A DNA stretch of 64,000 nucleotides, from NCBI RefSeq assembly GCF_006345805.1, contig NC_043017.1:29698001-29762000 (forward strand). The letters run 5' to 3'. Within the stretch, counting starts at the first letter, position 1, and each line of letters starts with the position of its first letter. The notes under the pieces were generated by a model. That model saw nothing but the letters and a program-made list of their open reading frames with translations. It did not search any database and was not told where the DNA came from. Positions 12,127 to 26,050 of the stretch are shown here, piece after piece. The position numbers were made by a program, and so were the translations under genes. Origin of the DNA: Octopus sinensis (Eukaryota).

Positions 12127-12869
12127 AAGCAAGTGCCTGTTGATACATAAAAAACATATGCACATACGTACACATATATAATTTGTTTTCTTAATTTTGC
12201 TTTTTTAACTAAGTGAAATAGTTAACTAAAAATATCTACAGTATATATAAATTATAAAGTTATTGATATTCTCTCAGCGATAATATAATTACCATTTTAG
12301 CTCGTACTTGCCTCACAGCGTTTCCTGAATGAATTAGGCGAATTCAATTGCATACAGGATCCTTAATGCTTCACCTTTGTAGATTTCCTAATCTGATCAG
12401 ACAAACCAATATCGTTATTCTGTTAGGCTATTTATTTTAAACTCGCTTCCAGAATCTTAATATCATTATGCTGCTCTCGACCGTTGCTTTATCCCTTCTT
12501 TACTGTGAACACATTCACGCTTTCTTACGCAGCGTCAATTATCTTGTATTCGGAACAGAATGGAGATCAAGAATAGCTGTAAGGAAACAGAACCTTAACA
12601 TCGCTAATCAATCTATTGAAAATTCTCTTTGGATTTTCACCCAGCGTACTCGTTAGAAATGCACAAATACGAATGCTAAATTCAAATACACATACAGAAA
12701 TGTACATATGCGCTCGTTACGTTCGCAGTCACAAGTCAGTTATAGAAATACTTGGCTCTGGCGTTTGTTTGTGGCTGATCAAACAGAGAAAAACCAAACG
12801 TACATGATTACACACAGGCGCAAGTAATCACAAACATAAAAAAAATATTGACATACACCCGCAGATACA

Positions 12870-13431
12870 GAATACATATATATATATATATATGTATATA
12901 TGTATATATATATGTATATATGTATATATATATGTATATATGTATACATATATGTATATATGTATACATATATGTATGTATGTATACATATATATGTATG
13001 TATACATATATACATATATATGTATACATATATATGCATGCCTACACATACACATATATATGCATACTTACACATACATACACATATTTATGCATACATA
13101 CACATATATACATATTCATACACACACACATATACATATATATATATACATATTCATACACACACATATACATATATATACATATTCATACACACACACA
13201 CACATATAAATATATATATACATATTCATACACACACATATACATATATATATATACATATTCATACACACACATATACATATATATATACATATTCATA
13301 CACACACATATACATATATATACATATTCATACACACACATATACATATATATATACATATTCATACACACACATATATATATATATATATATGCATACA
13401 TATAGACGTACAAACACCTACACATTTATTT

Positions 13432-13474
<43 letters not shown>

Positions 13475-13485
13475 TATATATATGA
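12870..13485. repeat. Compound (TATATG)n / (TATACATATTCATACACACACA)n micro/minisatellite
   Basis: Direct reading. Confidence 0.95.
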
Positions 13486-14379
13486 TGCACATTGATAAAA
13501 ATGACCAATACCTGCCTATAAGCTTCCGCCTTTGAATAAATATACGTTGCTATTTGAAAACACGAAAAAATGCATACAAATATTAACTGTTTGTATTTGT
13601 TTGACGAGGAAATAAAATACCAAATAAATACAGAAACATCTATTATAACGCATAGCGTATTAATTCTACCTTTATAGAATGCTGGTTATGGTGTGCCGAT
13701 CCTTATCTTATTTTTGAAGCATTAAGTGAGTTAGTTTCTCCTTGATAAACCACCTGTTAAAGCCAAAGTAAGTCAATTAAGGCTTGAACCTCTAAGCTTT
13801 ATCAAGCATTTCAAAATACTTGATCCTGTAGTAAATATCGATTCGTTGGGATGATAGATATGGTAAACATTCTACTCTGAGATTTATCATCTCGCTAAGG
13901 TATGAAAGACTGTGAAGTGTGGTTTCGCTGGGTTTATTAACTGTGACGTATGTATGTTTTCGAAACTACTTTGACTGATATTAAGTAATAGAAAAAGGGT
14001 AGATTATTAGCATAATTGGTAGAGTGTTGCAGAAATTGGCAGGTAGTATTTGGTTATCTTCCCGCACGTTCTGAATTCAAGTCCTGAATCGATAGAAAAA
14101 AAGACACACAAGTCCTGGTGTTGATCTCACTGACTAACACTTTCACAGAGTAAAGGACGTGGCGTTGCGCCACAGATAAGATTCATAATTATAAATGATG
14201 ATAGTGCTGTGTATTGACAGAAAGGGTAGATAATCTGAAAATGCTTTGCTTCATTTATTTCTCTACGTTCCTATTTCATTTCTCGGTTAAGTAAAACTTT
14301 TTTATTTATCGTTACAGGTTCCGTCAACACCTGTCAAGTCCCGAGATTAAAATTTAGATTCAAACTTATTTATATATTA

Positions 14380-14613
14380 CTAGCAGTACTTCCCTTATAT
14401 TTAAAAAATATACATTAAAATGGAAAAAATGATGGTAAATTATTTTTAAAATTGTAGACTCATCGTAGACGCGCGCTAATACCCAGAAGGGCTCGATATG
14501 AATCACGACTATAAGATACTCGGTTTTTGTTAAACTGCACCGCAAAATGTGGGAGTAGTTAGGAATCTGAATCGGAGTAGACAGACACACAACCTTTCTT
14601 TTATATATAAAGA
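14380..14613 (-). mobile_element. Non-autonomous Helitron-like element (different internal sequence)
   Basis: Minus strand starts A|TCTTTATATATAAAAG..GTTGTGTGTCTGTCT and ends TACTGCTAG|T, like the other Helitron-like copies. Confidence 0.7.
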
Positions 14614-15361
14614 TTAACTTTATTATGTCAATAATTTCGTTCCATTGTTTCAGGTTTTTAATGCGTAATATTAGAAGTTAATTATGCTAAATTTTCCCAT
14701 TATGTCTTCGATTATATTCCATAAAATATGACTAAAAGCTTAATACTAAATCTTATTGTATTGTATCCGACTTCCATTATATTTTCGGTATTGTGCTATA
14801 ATATAACGTAAAGTTCGAACTCATATTATTATTATTCAATTCATTTATATTGAAATATATCTTTAATTACATTTAAATATTGTGAGATTGATAAGTACTT
14901 AACGATAATTAACAGGTGTATTTGAATATAATTCACTACTTTCTACCCTCTCAAGCAAAAACAAATTTCCCTGATGCACCAAAGATTCTGACAATAAAAG
15001 AATTCCATTGAAAGAATCACTACCAAATTTGATTTAGTTCCTGTCTTTTGAATAAGCTTCAGTTAAAAATCATGGAACAATATTCGTAGTTACTTTCACT
15101 TTTGTAATAATTAATAGAGAAAATAAAATGTTTCGTTTTGTTTTATTATGCTTTATTTGAAATATACGAATTAACAACTCCCGTTTCTTGCAGATGAGTT
15201 CTTTTTATTAAATTACGTCATTTGAGATTTTATTTTTTCGTCAGGAATTTATGATGATTTCCAGATTGATGCTTGGAATAGAGCAAGCCATCGACAAAAT
15301 ATTTAGCGATGGAGAAATGTGTGATGCCTGCAATGTTTCATGTCATTCCAAGAACCGTACT

Positions 15362-15413
<52 letters not shown>

Positions 15414-16339
15414 TACACATATATATATATATACATACACACATATACACACACACACATATATATATAATATCTACCTACAAGACCATCTGTCTGTATA
15501 TATAATATCTACCTACAAGCCCATCTGTCTATATATATATATATGCATACATACATACAATCATAGATATATATATATGCATACATACATACATACAATC
15601 ATATATATACATATATATGCATATATAGGAGGAATATATATAAATATATTCTTCCTATGTATGTCAAGGACTTTAGTCATGTAATAGCAAAGGGTAATAT
15701 GAAGCGAAATAATTCATATTAATCTTTCATGGTAGCAGGTTTAGATAAAGTACATATGTTTTCAGATAAATACATTTGTTTTCTTATTTTGAAATGCCCG
15801 TCATTAATAATGTTCTGTATTGCCTTCGCCATGTAGAAACAGTTAGAGCAGTTGGATCATTCGCATAGATTTACTATGAACATATAACAATTGGACACAC
15901 ATACAGATGAAAAAAATGAAATTTTACGATCCTTAATTACATATCAATTTGCCCTTTACAACCGCAATGTCAACGTCTCAAGAAAGAAATAATATTTTAC
16001 GATGTAAACTGTACCTCGTATTAATCACTGCGAGACAGAAGGATACATTTTATTAAATCGCTATGACCGCTCTTCTCATTAGCATTGTGTTTTGTCTCTG
16101 TATGTGTGTGTGGTGTTTGCCTTTATACATATTTATATTTACACTTATGCATGTGGACAGAGCATATGCGTTGCTGTGCAAGTGAGCACGTATTTAATTT
16201 TATTGCTGGCGTCTGTGAGTGCCTCTGTCCGAGGGTTTACGTGTAACAATACATGTAACTAATAAAATATACGTTCACGCATTTGCTAAATAAGGAAAGA
16301 GGTCAATTTAAATTGTTATTTTACTCAATTTATTTAACA

Positions 16340-16540
16340 AATAAGCACAGAAATGTGAAAGAAAGTGGGGAAAATAATACTAGACTACCGGAGGTAGAGT
16401 AATATGCTTTATTGTTATTAACATTGCAAAACATCATAAAAATATAACAGAACCTACTACTCAGAGTTTCACATTCCCGTTCATCTGACAATTTAAATTG
16501 AATCTAAATTGTCCGACGAACGGAAACATAAAACTGAGTA
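16340..16540. mobile_element. Foldback repeat family H4 with inverted hammerhead-like arms
   Basis: GGTAGAGTAATATGCTTTATT and ACTC(A/T)GAGTTTC are shared with 29921-30073; imperfect hairpin at 16458-16540. Confidence 0.6.
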
Positions 16541-16757
16541 TCTTTTACTCATTTTTACTCTTTTACTTTTTTCAGTCATTTGACTGTGTCAATGATGGCG
16601 CACCGCCTTTAGTTGAGCAAATCGACCCCAGGACTTATTCTTGGTAAGCCTAGTACTTATTCTATCGGTCGCTTTTGTCGAACCGCTAAGTGACGGGGAC
16701 GTACACACAACAGCACCGGTTGCCAGGCAATGTTGTGGGGTAAAAACACAGACACAT

Positions 16758-16811
<54 letters not shown>

Positions 16812-16975
16812 GACGGGCTTCTTTCAGTTTCCGTCTACCAAATCCACTCACAAGGCGTGGGTCGGCCCGAGGCTATAGAAGAAGACATTTGCCCAAGATG
16901 CCACACAGTGGGAGTGAACCCGGAACCATGTAGTTGTTAAGCAAGCTACTTACCACACAGCCAATCCTGCGCCTA
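16541..16975 (-). mobile_element. Full-length SINE family A
   Basis: Reverse complement runs from TAGGCGCAGGA.TGGCTGTGTGGTAAG to the (GAGTAAAA)n tail. Confidence 0.92.
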
Positions 16976-17852
16976 ATAGCAATTTTTTGTGATATCTTTG
17001 TTATGGTATTGTAGCTTTAATAATTATAAAGCATTAATTAATTTATATATTTGGAACGAACAAATTTCCCATATATATTATAATGTAATAATATACTAAA
17101 AATGATATCGTGGCATACTATATTTCCTAATACATAGAAACATGAGTATCATTATCTCATGACAGATAATGTATATATATGTATATATATATATGTGTAT
17201 ATATACATATGTATGTGTGTATATTGTATCGAATTATATCATTGACGTGTCATTATTCAACTTATGTACAAAATATACTTATGTTTAAAGTTTCTATGAC
17301 AACTTGCATACATAAGATATACACATAATAATACCAATAATTTTAAAGATTATATTGTTTATAGTTATTCCTTCTAGCATAATAGGAATACTGTGTGCAA
17401 TATCTATAAAATATATTGACATATTTCAATGATGTGCACAAGATATTTCAACAAACACGATCTAATATTTACATATTTGAATTCAATAAAATGTTTAAAC
17501 TGCTTTAATATTACTTGAAAGCAATCAATCTACAAGGGCCACATTTTCCCCTCTCCTTTCTATCTGTGAAACAACTGATGAATCAATCGATCAAGCTGTC
17601 TGGGATTATATCCCACAGTCTTTCGACCTCTATCTGTTTCCCTTTGCTTCTCTTCCTTACTCACCCACCTCCTCTGTTCACACTTATAAACATTAATACA
17701 TGCGTATATTTATATATATATATATATATATTTATGAGTATATACAGGTATAAGTATGTGTGTATGTGTATGAAACCGTAAATTGTGTCTATTTATCCAT
17801 AAAACAAGCAGTTATCTATAAATCTAACAATATGCCGAACTATTCTATACAT

Positions 17853-17893
<41 letters not shown>

Positions 17894-17958
17894 CGTGTGC
17901 GTATATATATATATATATGTGTGTGTGTATATATATGTGCATATATATATATATATGG

Positions 17959-17992
<34 letters not shown>

Positions 17993-18856
17993 TTATATAT
18001 ATATGGTTATATATATATATATATGGTTATATATATATGGTTATATATATATGGTTATATATATATGGTTTATATTATATGGTTATATATATATGGTTAT
18101 ATATATATGTGTGTGTGTGTCTATATATGTATATATAAATATTTTATATGTATATATATAATGATATATATATGAACATACATATTTGTTTATGCATGTA
18201 ATATATATATAATATTTATACACACACAAACACACATATGTACATGTATATACTTATGGATAAATGATCTTTCGTATTATTTGCATAATAATAATAATAA
18301 TAACAACAGTGATAACAACAATATCAGGAATAATAATATTATTTTATGTACAGTTCCTACATTTGTGTAGTAATCTAATTCTCTGTGTGTATCTGATTAT
18401 TTTGTTTATCGATAAACATCTAATGCTTAGAATAGATATAAACATCGATAAATGAAATAATTCTATTATATCTATGTGGGAAGAAAAAGCAAAATCAGTG
18501 ACAGACTCTCCTGAGATTTATAACAGTTAACTTTACAATTTGTATACGGTACTGATTTTTTTATTTATCCCCACTATATTCATGTTTTGATAAATAGTGA
18601 TTTTCTGTAAGCTAAAATGAATTTGAAACAAGTATTCAGATTTGTTCGGTTTGGCTTGGTTTGGTTTCGTTTGTTTACGGGGGTCTTCGATCGCTAAATT
18701 TGAAAAAAAAAAAAAATTCAAGTAAATTATTTGTATGTTTTCTCATTACGCAGCGACGTTGAGGCAGCATAAAGTAGATTGACACATTTAAGTACACGGT
18801 TTCTATGCTTATGAAAACACATAGTTACATACGTACGTTGTATATAATATATATTA

Positions 18857-18901
<45 letters not shown>

Positions 18902-19032
18902 GGGCTCAGTAATAATTACTTTGCCACATACTGAAATTTTTAGAAATAGCAGCCAAAAAGTTTTTTTAGCCATTTACACTACTTTAAGAAAAAGTCTCCC
19001 AGATAGTGTTTACTCAAAAATAGTTCACGTAG

Positions 19033-19065
<33 letters not shown>

Positions 19066-20084
19066 CATGCATACATTTGAAAACACGCAAACAGTAGGCA
19101 GTTACCTACGGACAAATAACGACATGCAGTTTTAAGCGACACCGAGTTTATTGAACGAGGTACGTATTGAAAAGTCAACTGACGAGACACATCTGCAGCG
19201 AAGGATACACCATAAGCAATTATACAGTATCTCATCCGCGAGGGATCGATAGAAGATGGATCAAAACGATTATTGTGATTAATAACAAATATTGTGAAGT
19301 TGCGTCTCGCCTTCACCTTCGAAACGCAGAGTAGACGAAACCATGGCGACTAAAGAAGGGAAATTTTCCTTGTGTTATTTGTCCTGTACACTATTTTTTC
19401 ATTGTTTAAGAAAAATGTCCAGTTCCTTAGTTTTGTGTTTATGTTTTCATTTCTCATTGTGTTCGACGTTTTTTGGTGTCCTGTACCCATATATGCATGT
19501 ATATATACATGTAGATGTAGGTACGTACATATACGTATGTATATATGCATATGTTTTATTCATTAATTTGTTTATATATATATATTTATATATATATATA
19601 TATAATGTGTGTGTACATATATATAGTAGAGTACATCTACAGAGCATTTATAAGACGTGTGTAAATCTAGTAACCAAGATACACCTTCAGTTTCAATACT
19701 AATTATTACTGTAACAAAAGTATATGTACCAACCAGTCTGGAGCAAAATATAGCTGAACTTGAGATCCTTGAGAGAGAATGCAAATCCTTAATGCTACAA
19801 ATAATCACGATATCTGAGAGTATAAATTCTGATATATCTTAAGATCTAAAGGAAGGTGGTGAATACAAGATAGTATACTTCAAAATCTTGCTACCAAAGA
19901 AAAAATGACTCTCAAATTAAATGGAGAAATTGATGAATATAGTTATGTAAGTACATGCATGAGGATAGATGGAAAAAGCAAATAAATGCATGAGAATAGT
20001 TGCATAAAACAAAACATAGAAATCTGCACATGCATTGACGCCAAATAATGCAAACATACACACATAAATGCAAACATATGCTGT

Positions 20085-20185
20085 TGATGTTATAGAAATT
20101 CCAAAGAAGGAACATTGGATCTAGGTTAGAAACCATCTCTTTGTCTACTGGCAAAAAATCTTGAAATAGGTCTGAATAATGACGT
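20085..20185 (+). repeat. Short interspersed repeat, unclassified (copy 1 of 2)
   Basis: GTTGATGTT..AAATTCCAA.GAAGGAAC.TTGGATC.AGGTTAGAAACC...AATAATGAC also occurs at 44668-44778. Confidence 0.75.
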
Positions 20186-20712
20186 ACATACATATATACA
20201 CAAGTACGTACACATACTTACATACATACACGCCTACATACATATAGTTATTGTTATTGATTTATCAACACCCTGTTCCGTGTGTGTCATAAAAATTGAC
20301 CTTTCTTTGTTGTTTTCATCTTTGGTCTGTCTCTTCTGCTACTAAGCTTTATTTAGCTAAGTACTTTTCCTCCAGCTATTTAAGGGAGTCTCCTCTTCAG
20401 CTTCCCTTGCGGATTCAAGTTCAGTCCTCGATGTACACCGCTGCTCACCTCTGCGATTTTGCTGTTGTAATGCTATGTTTTCATCAGGGCAGGTGGTCCT
20501 CTTTTGGGTCTTGTGGATTGTAAATTCTAATCGATTCTTTTGCAACTTTGCCTTTTTTTTTTCTAGGTGTTACGAAAATCCATTTTATATCCCTGAGTAA
20601 TGATGGCCCAAATTATTCTGACTAACCAATTGACCTCCCCATACTTGTGGTCTGTTGAGCAACTTTTCTCAAGTTTCTTGAAGTAGAACATCGCAATAAG
20701 AACTAAACTTTG

Positions 20713-20747
<35 letters not shown>

Positions 20748-20949
20748 TTTACTGTTCCGTTTAGGTAAGACGGTATGTATGTATGTTTTTATGTATGTGT
20801 GTGTTTGTGCATTCATGTCTATGCATATTGCAAATAACATATTTATTAAGAAATCACTTCAACTTTTACAGATATATTCTAAATATAATGCTTCAATGGA
20901 GAAAGTGTGTTCGTACTTAAGTCTTTCATTAAAAGTAAGGATGAAGAAA

Positions 20950-21115
20950 TACACGGGAAAGTGAGATTGAGGAGGAGGCAGTAACTTGAAAAGACCTCCG
21001 CGAGAGACCCAGCAGAGCTTATGTTTCCTCTGGAAGCCAGTGGTTGGTAATCCACGAACAAGAGCTGTTGAGGTGGAGTGGTCAGTGAAGCAGAAATGTC
21101 TGGCGACATAGGGCT
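20950..21115 (-). pseudogene. Possible Penelope-like GIY-YIG endonuclease C-terminal remnant
   Basis: Minus frame FKPYVARHFCFTDHSTSTALVRGL...RK...LFKL resembles the PLE motif pVArHFn..xH...v.gl....rk..e..lIfkL. Confidence 0.4.
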
Positions 21116-22439
21116 TGAAACATATACATATATATAATAATCATATCATATATAAGCTATAAATATGTCTGTGTGTGTAGAGAGAGAGAAAGGGAGAGAG
21201 AGACAAGAAGAGAGACGGAAAGAATTCTAAATACCGGGTATGTGCAAAACACAAATGGTACAGTACAGGTCTGAATTCAGGAAGTGTAAATAAACAATAT
21301 GAAGATTTCGTTTGTGAAAATATTGGAGTCAGAAATCACACATTGTTCAAATATACTAAAAAATTATATAGCTTTTCTGTATTTCATCTCCTAAATATAC
21401 ACCACATTTCGTTGTGTTTTCTTGTGTTGTATTAGTGGTATTATATCACACTATTTTATTAATTCTAGTTTCTTTTTGATAATTTCCGATATTGCTACCG
21501 AGCATGATATAAAATTTATAAATTTATTAGTTGTATAAGATAATTTTCAAACTGAGCCTATTGAAGAGTTAAAATTTCATATAATATAGATTCTTCAGCG
21601 ATTTCAACGCAAATACATGCAAAGACACACGCAGATATATACACATTCACGCAGACACACACACATACACACACGTTCAAATGCATACACATGCACACAA
21701 AAACAGACTTAGATATATATATATATATATATATGGTAAGGCGTGAAATTAAAAAGTACTCGATTCATTTCATGGTGGAATATTAAAATTGAGTAAAAAA
21801 TCTGATCTCCTTCTCAGCGTTGAATATTTTGCCACGCATATTTTTCTATATGAAAGACACACACACACACACATACATACACACATACACACATACATAC
21901 ATATATATGTATATATATATATATTATATATATATATAAGTGTGTATGTATGTATATATGAAAAAATTGCATGCATAATTTGTATGTATATACATATATG
22001 TATGCATTATATTTGTGTGAGTTTCTGCGTGTGTTGTGCAATTTGGCATTTAATCTGCTTGCTTAGCAAAATGAAAGGATGACGAAATAAAAGAAAAAAA
22101 ATTAAATCAAAAAAAAAACGTGAGGAAGGAAATATCACAAGAGATAACGGTAATTGTTATTGATCAAAAATCACTAGAATGGTTGATAAAAGAAATCAAT
22201 CCAGCACATATTTTATGTATATACCTAACTACCTACGTACGTACATACATATATGCATACTACATACACACACCCACAGATATATATATATATATGCATA
22301 CATAATACATATATATATATATATATATATATACACGTGTGTATAAGTATATATATTTTATTGATTAAAGAATAACCGCGCATACAAACGTGCATATATA
22401 CAGATACACATGGGCATAACGTCCTATAAGCTTATAGCT

Positions 22440-22933
22440 ATATACATACAAACACACACACATGTGTATATATATATATATATATTATATATATATATAT
22501 ATACACATACGTATATATGTTCGTACATACATATTTATACATATATATATATATGCCTATACATATATATGTATATATATATGTATACATATATATGTAT
22601 ACATATATATGTATACATATATATGTATACATATATATGTATACATATATATGTATATATATATATGTATACATATATATGTATATATATATATGTATAC
22701 ATATATATGTATATATATATATGTATACATATATATGTATACTATATATGTATACATATATATACATATATACATATATATATATGTATACATATATATA
22801 TATGTATACATATATATACATATATACATATATATATATGTATACATATATATATATGTATACATATATATATATGTATACATATATACATATATATATA
22901 TGTATATATATATATATATGTATACATATATAC
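22440..22933. repeat. (ATATATGTATAC)n-type self-complementary minisatellite
   Basis: Direct reading. Confidence 0.95.
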
Positions 22934-25900
22934 AAGCACAAAGCTGGAACTACCACCACATAAGGCCACCTCCAACAGATGCAGGATGGCCACCACAGAC
23001 ACCAACACCAACACACACACCACAAAAATATTTCTACTGAATGTAGGAGGGCTGCTGCGCGGAAACTGTAAAAAGAAAATTTCATTCCTGAGAGACCTTG
23101 TGACATGCAATCAAGCTATATGCATGGCACTCACAGAAACGCATCTTGAACCCGATATAGGTGATGCAGAAATACACATGCCGCAATATGCAGTCATACG
23201 CACAGATAGAAAAGGGAGGAGCCATGGTGGAGTTGCAATGTACATCCGAGATGACCTCACGCCCCAGGTCCTGCTGTCATATTCAAACTCAGTATGGTGA
23301 AACTCAAATTGTACACATAAGACAACTGAATATCGTCATATGCACTACATATCGCCCACCAGACGCCCCAAAACACTCAGGCATGTTTGAAGACTGCCTA
23401 ACAAAAATAGGAGAAGTCCTCACCAACTTGAACAGCACAACAGTGTATTCTTCATGGGTGACTTTAACCTCCCCAATGTGGAATGGCCTGGGGGGGCAGA
23501 TGCTCCCAGGGATGACACACCATCAGCAGGCACAGGTGGAGTCCCTGCTCCATCTCACAAATACTCTTTCATGGAGCAAATAGTTCTGCAACCAACAAGG
23601 GCAGATAATATACTGGATCTCTGCTTCACAAACAATATGGATATTATCCATAATGTTAATGTGATGCCGACATGATCTCGGATCACAACATAATAGAGCT
23701 GTCTATGTATGGAACAAAAGCCCCCGCAGACACACAGCCTATACGAAGCACCCACCATCTCTCCAACTTAAACTTTCATAAAGCCAACTGGAAGTCGATT
23801 GAGAAAGAGATCCTCAAACAGGATTGGCCTGAATGTCTCTCCACACCGGACATAAACATGAAACACAAACACTTCATGTCCATAATACAGCCATATGTGA
23901 CAATATGTCCCCATGTGCAGGGCCAGCACACACAAGAACAAAAACAGGATCCCTAGAGAAAGGAGGATTCTTATGAGACGACGGACAAGGATTGCAAACC
24001 GCCTGAGCAAGCACACCAAAAGTGGTGAGAAGTCTCGGCTCGAAAGAATGCTAATGGAAACTGAGAAAAGCTACATCAGTCCATGAATAGGAGAGAGCAG
24101 ATAAAGAAGCTTGGGTATAGAAAATATAAAATCAAACCCTAAAGCTTTCTTAAGTTTGCCAAAGAGACAGCCACAGTGCACCAGAGAATAGGACCTCTCT
24201 TCCAAAAAGATGGCTCTCTCACAGGAAATCCCACAAGGATAAGTGAAATACTGAACGAACAGTTCCAAAGTGTGTTCACTACACCTCTAGGACACAGGCA
24301 AGTAAACAACCAGAAGAATTCTTTGCCACTTTACCAGCGGCCAAAGAGACAAAAATTGAGTACATCAACATCAAAGAAGATGATATCACACTAGCCATTG
24401 ATGAGATTGACAGAAACTGAGCTGCTTGACCTGATGGATTCCCAGCGATCCTTCTCAAATCGTGCAAACGAGCCCTTGCAAAACCGCTACAGCTTCTTTT
24501 TCAGAGCTTTCTTGCAAGTGGTAAGCTCCCAGTCAATATGTAGGTAATATGCCCTATCCATAAGGGAGGTAGCAGAGCAGATGCTAAAAATTATAGGCCT
24601 ATCTCTCTGACCTCACACATCAGCAAAGTCATGGAACGAATAGTCCATAAGAAACTAATCATGTTCCTTGAAGAAAATGACTTACTGTCTGACACCCAGC
24701 ATGGATTTCGACCAGGTAGAGGCTGCCTAAAACAGCTCCTGCCAAACACTATGACTGGTGTTGAAACAGCTACTAAATGGCTCTCAAATGTGGATGTAAA
24801 TATCTGACTTTGCAAAAGCCTTTGATAAAGTCGACCATGGTATGATCTGTCACAAACTGCGTGGTCTCGGCATAGGCGGGAAACTTGGAGAGTGGCTGCA
24901 CAACTTCCTAAAAGACAGAAAACAGGCAGTTGTGAGCAATGGAGCCACCTCCAGGGAAACGCAAATATTAAGCGGTGTCCCACAGGGCACTGTCTTGGGG
25001 CCACTGATGTTCATAGTGGCCCTTTCAGACATGCCTTCAGTTGCTACGATGACCACCCTTGCTAGCTATGCAGATGACACAAAAGTCTCCCACGCAATAC
25101 AAAACCCTGAAAATATTGCGCATCTGCAACATGAGCTGGACACAATATACAGGTGGGCTGAGGACAACAACATGCAGTTTAATGCAGGTAAGTTCCAGGC
25201 CCTGCGCTACTGGCACACAAAGGTAAATGACGTGAAGACTGGATACACTGGCCCAGGAAGAATTGCAATCCCTGAGTCAAAATCAGTGCGTGACCTGGGC
25301 ATTGACATGAGCAATGATGCATCTTTCCAAAGCATATTGCTAATCTGGTGATAAAATGCAGACGGCTAGCTGGATGGATTCTCCGAACTTTCAGAACAAG
25401 AGAGAAGGAGACACTGATGGTCCTATGGAAACATTTGTCCTCAGCCGCTTGGACTACTGCTCCAACTTTGGTCACCACACAATATAAAACAAACAGCAGA
25501 ACTCGAGCAACTCAGAAGCTACACAAAGAAAATCGTCTCAATGCAAAATGTCAGCTACTGGGAAAGACTGAAGGTATTAAACCTATTCTCCCTGGAGCGG
25601 AGGCGGGAGAGATATGCAGTGATATACATCTGGAAAATCCTGGAGGGTATTGTCCCAAACTTTGGCATTCAAAGTTACTCCACCGCAGAACGGGGCGCCG
25701 CTGCGTGGTGCCAAGGATTCCAACATCACCATCAAATACAGGTCCAGATACTGCAACAGCTTGGGTTTCAGAGGACCACAGCTCTTTAACATCCTCCCTA
25801 AATGCCTGAGAGACTTACATGGTGTGGATGTGGGTTCTTTAAAACTAAACTGGATTCTCTTCTTGTGGGAGTCCCAGATGAACCTACCTCACGACAGGAG

Positions 25901-26050
25901 ACACGGATGCGGGCAGCAGCATCGAACTCCCTTGTTGATCAAGTGCCACGTATCAGAGGTGGATTCACAAACTAGTGTAGCTCATTCAGCGGTGGTGCCC
26001 CAGCATGGCCGGGCCTTCGGGCTAAAACATTTTTAAGGATTTAAGGATTT
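22934..26050 (+). mobile_element. 5'-truncated, decayed CR1-group LINE
   Basis: APE domain followed by RT domain, short 3' UTR with hairpin and (TTAAGGA)n tail; GC content clearly above the flanks. Confidence 0.93.
22986..25975 (+). pseudogene. LINE ORF2 (AP endonuclease + reverse transcriptase), multiply frameshifted
   Basis: LTETHL, RTDR..RSHGGV, MGDFNLP, NILDL, SDHNII (APE); YRPISLTS, DFAKAFDKV, SGVPQGTVLGPLMF, YADD (RT); LFSLERRRERY (CR1-type C-terminus), spread over several frames with stops. Confidence 0.92.

Noticed and set aside
20370-20700. Minus-strand IRKGS*RGDSL resembling the R4/Dong RT motif GIFQGDSL
   Set aside because: Stops within the motif and no match downstream; cannot be distinguished from chance without an HMM search
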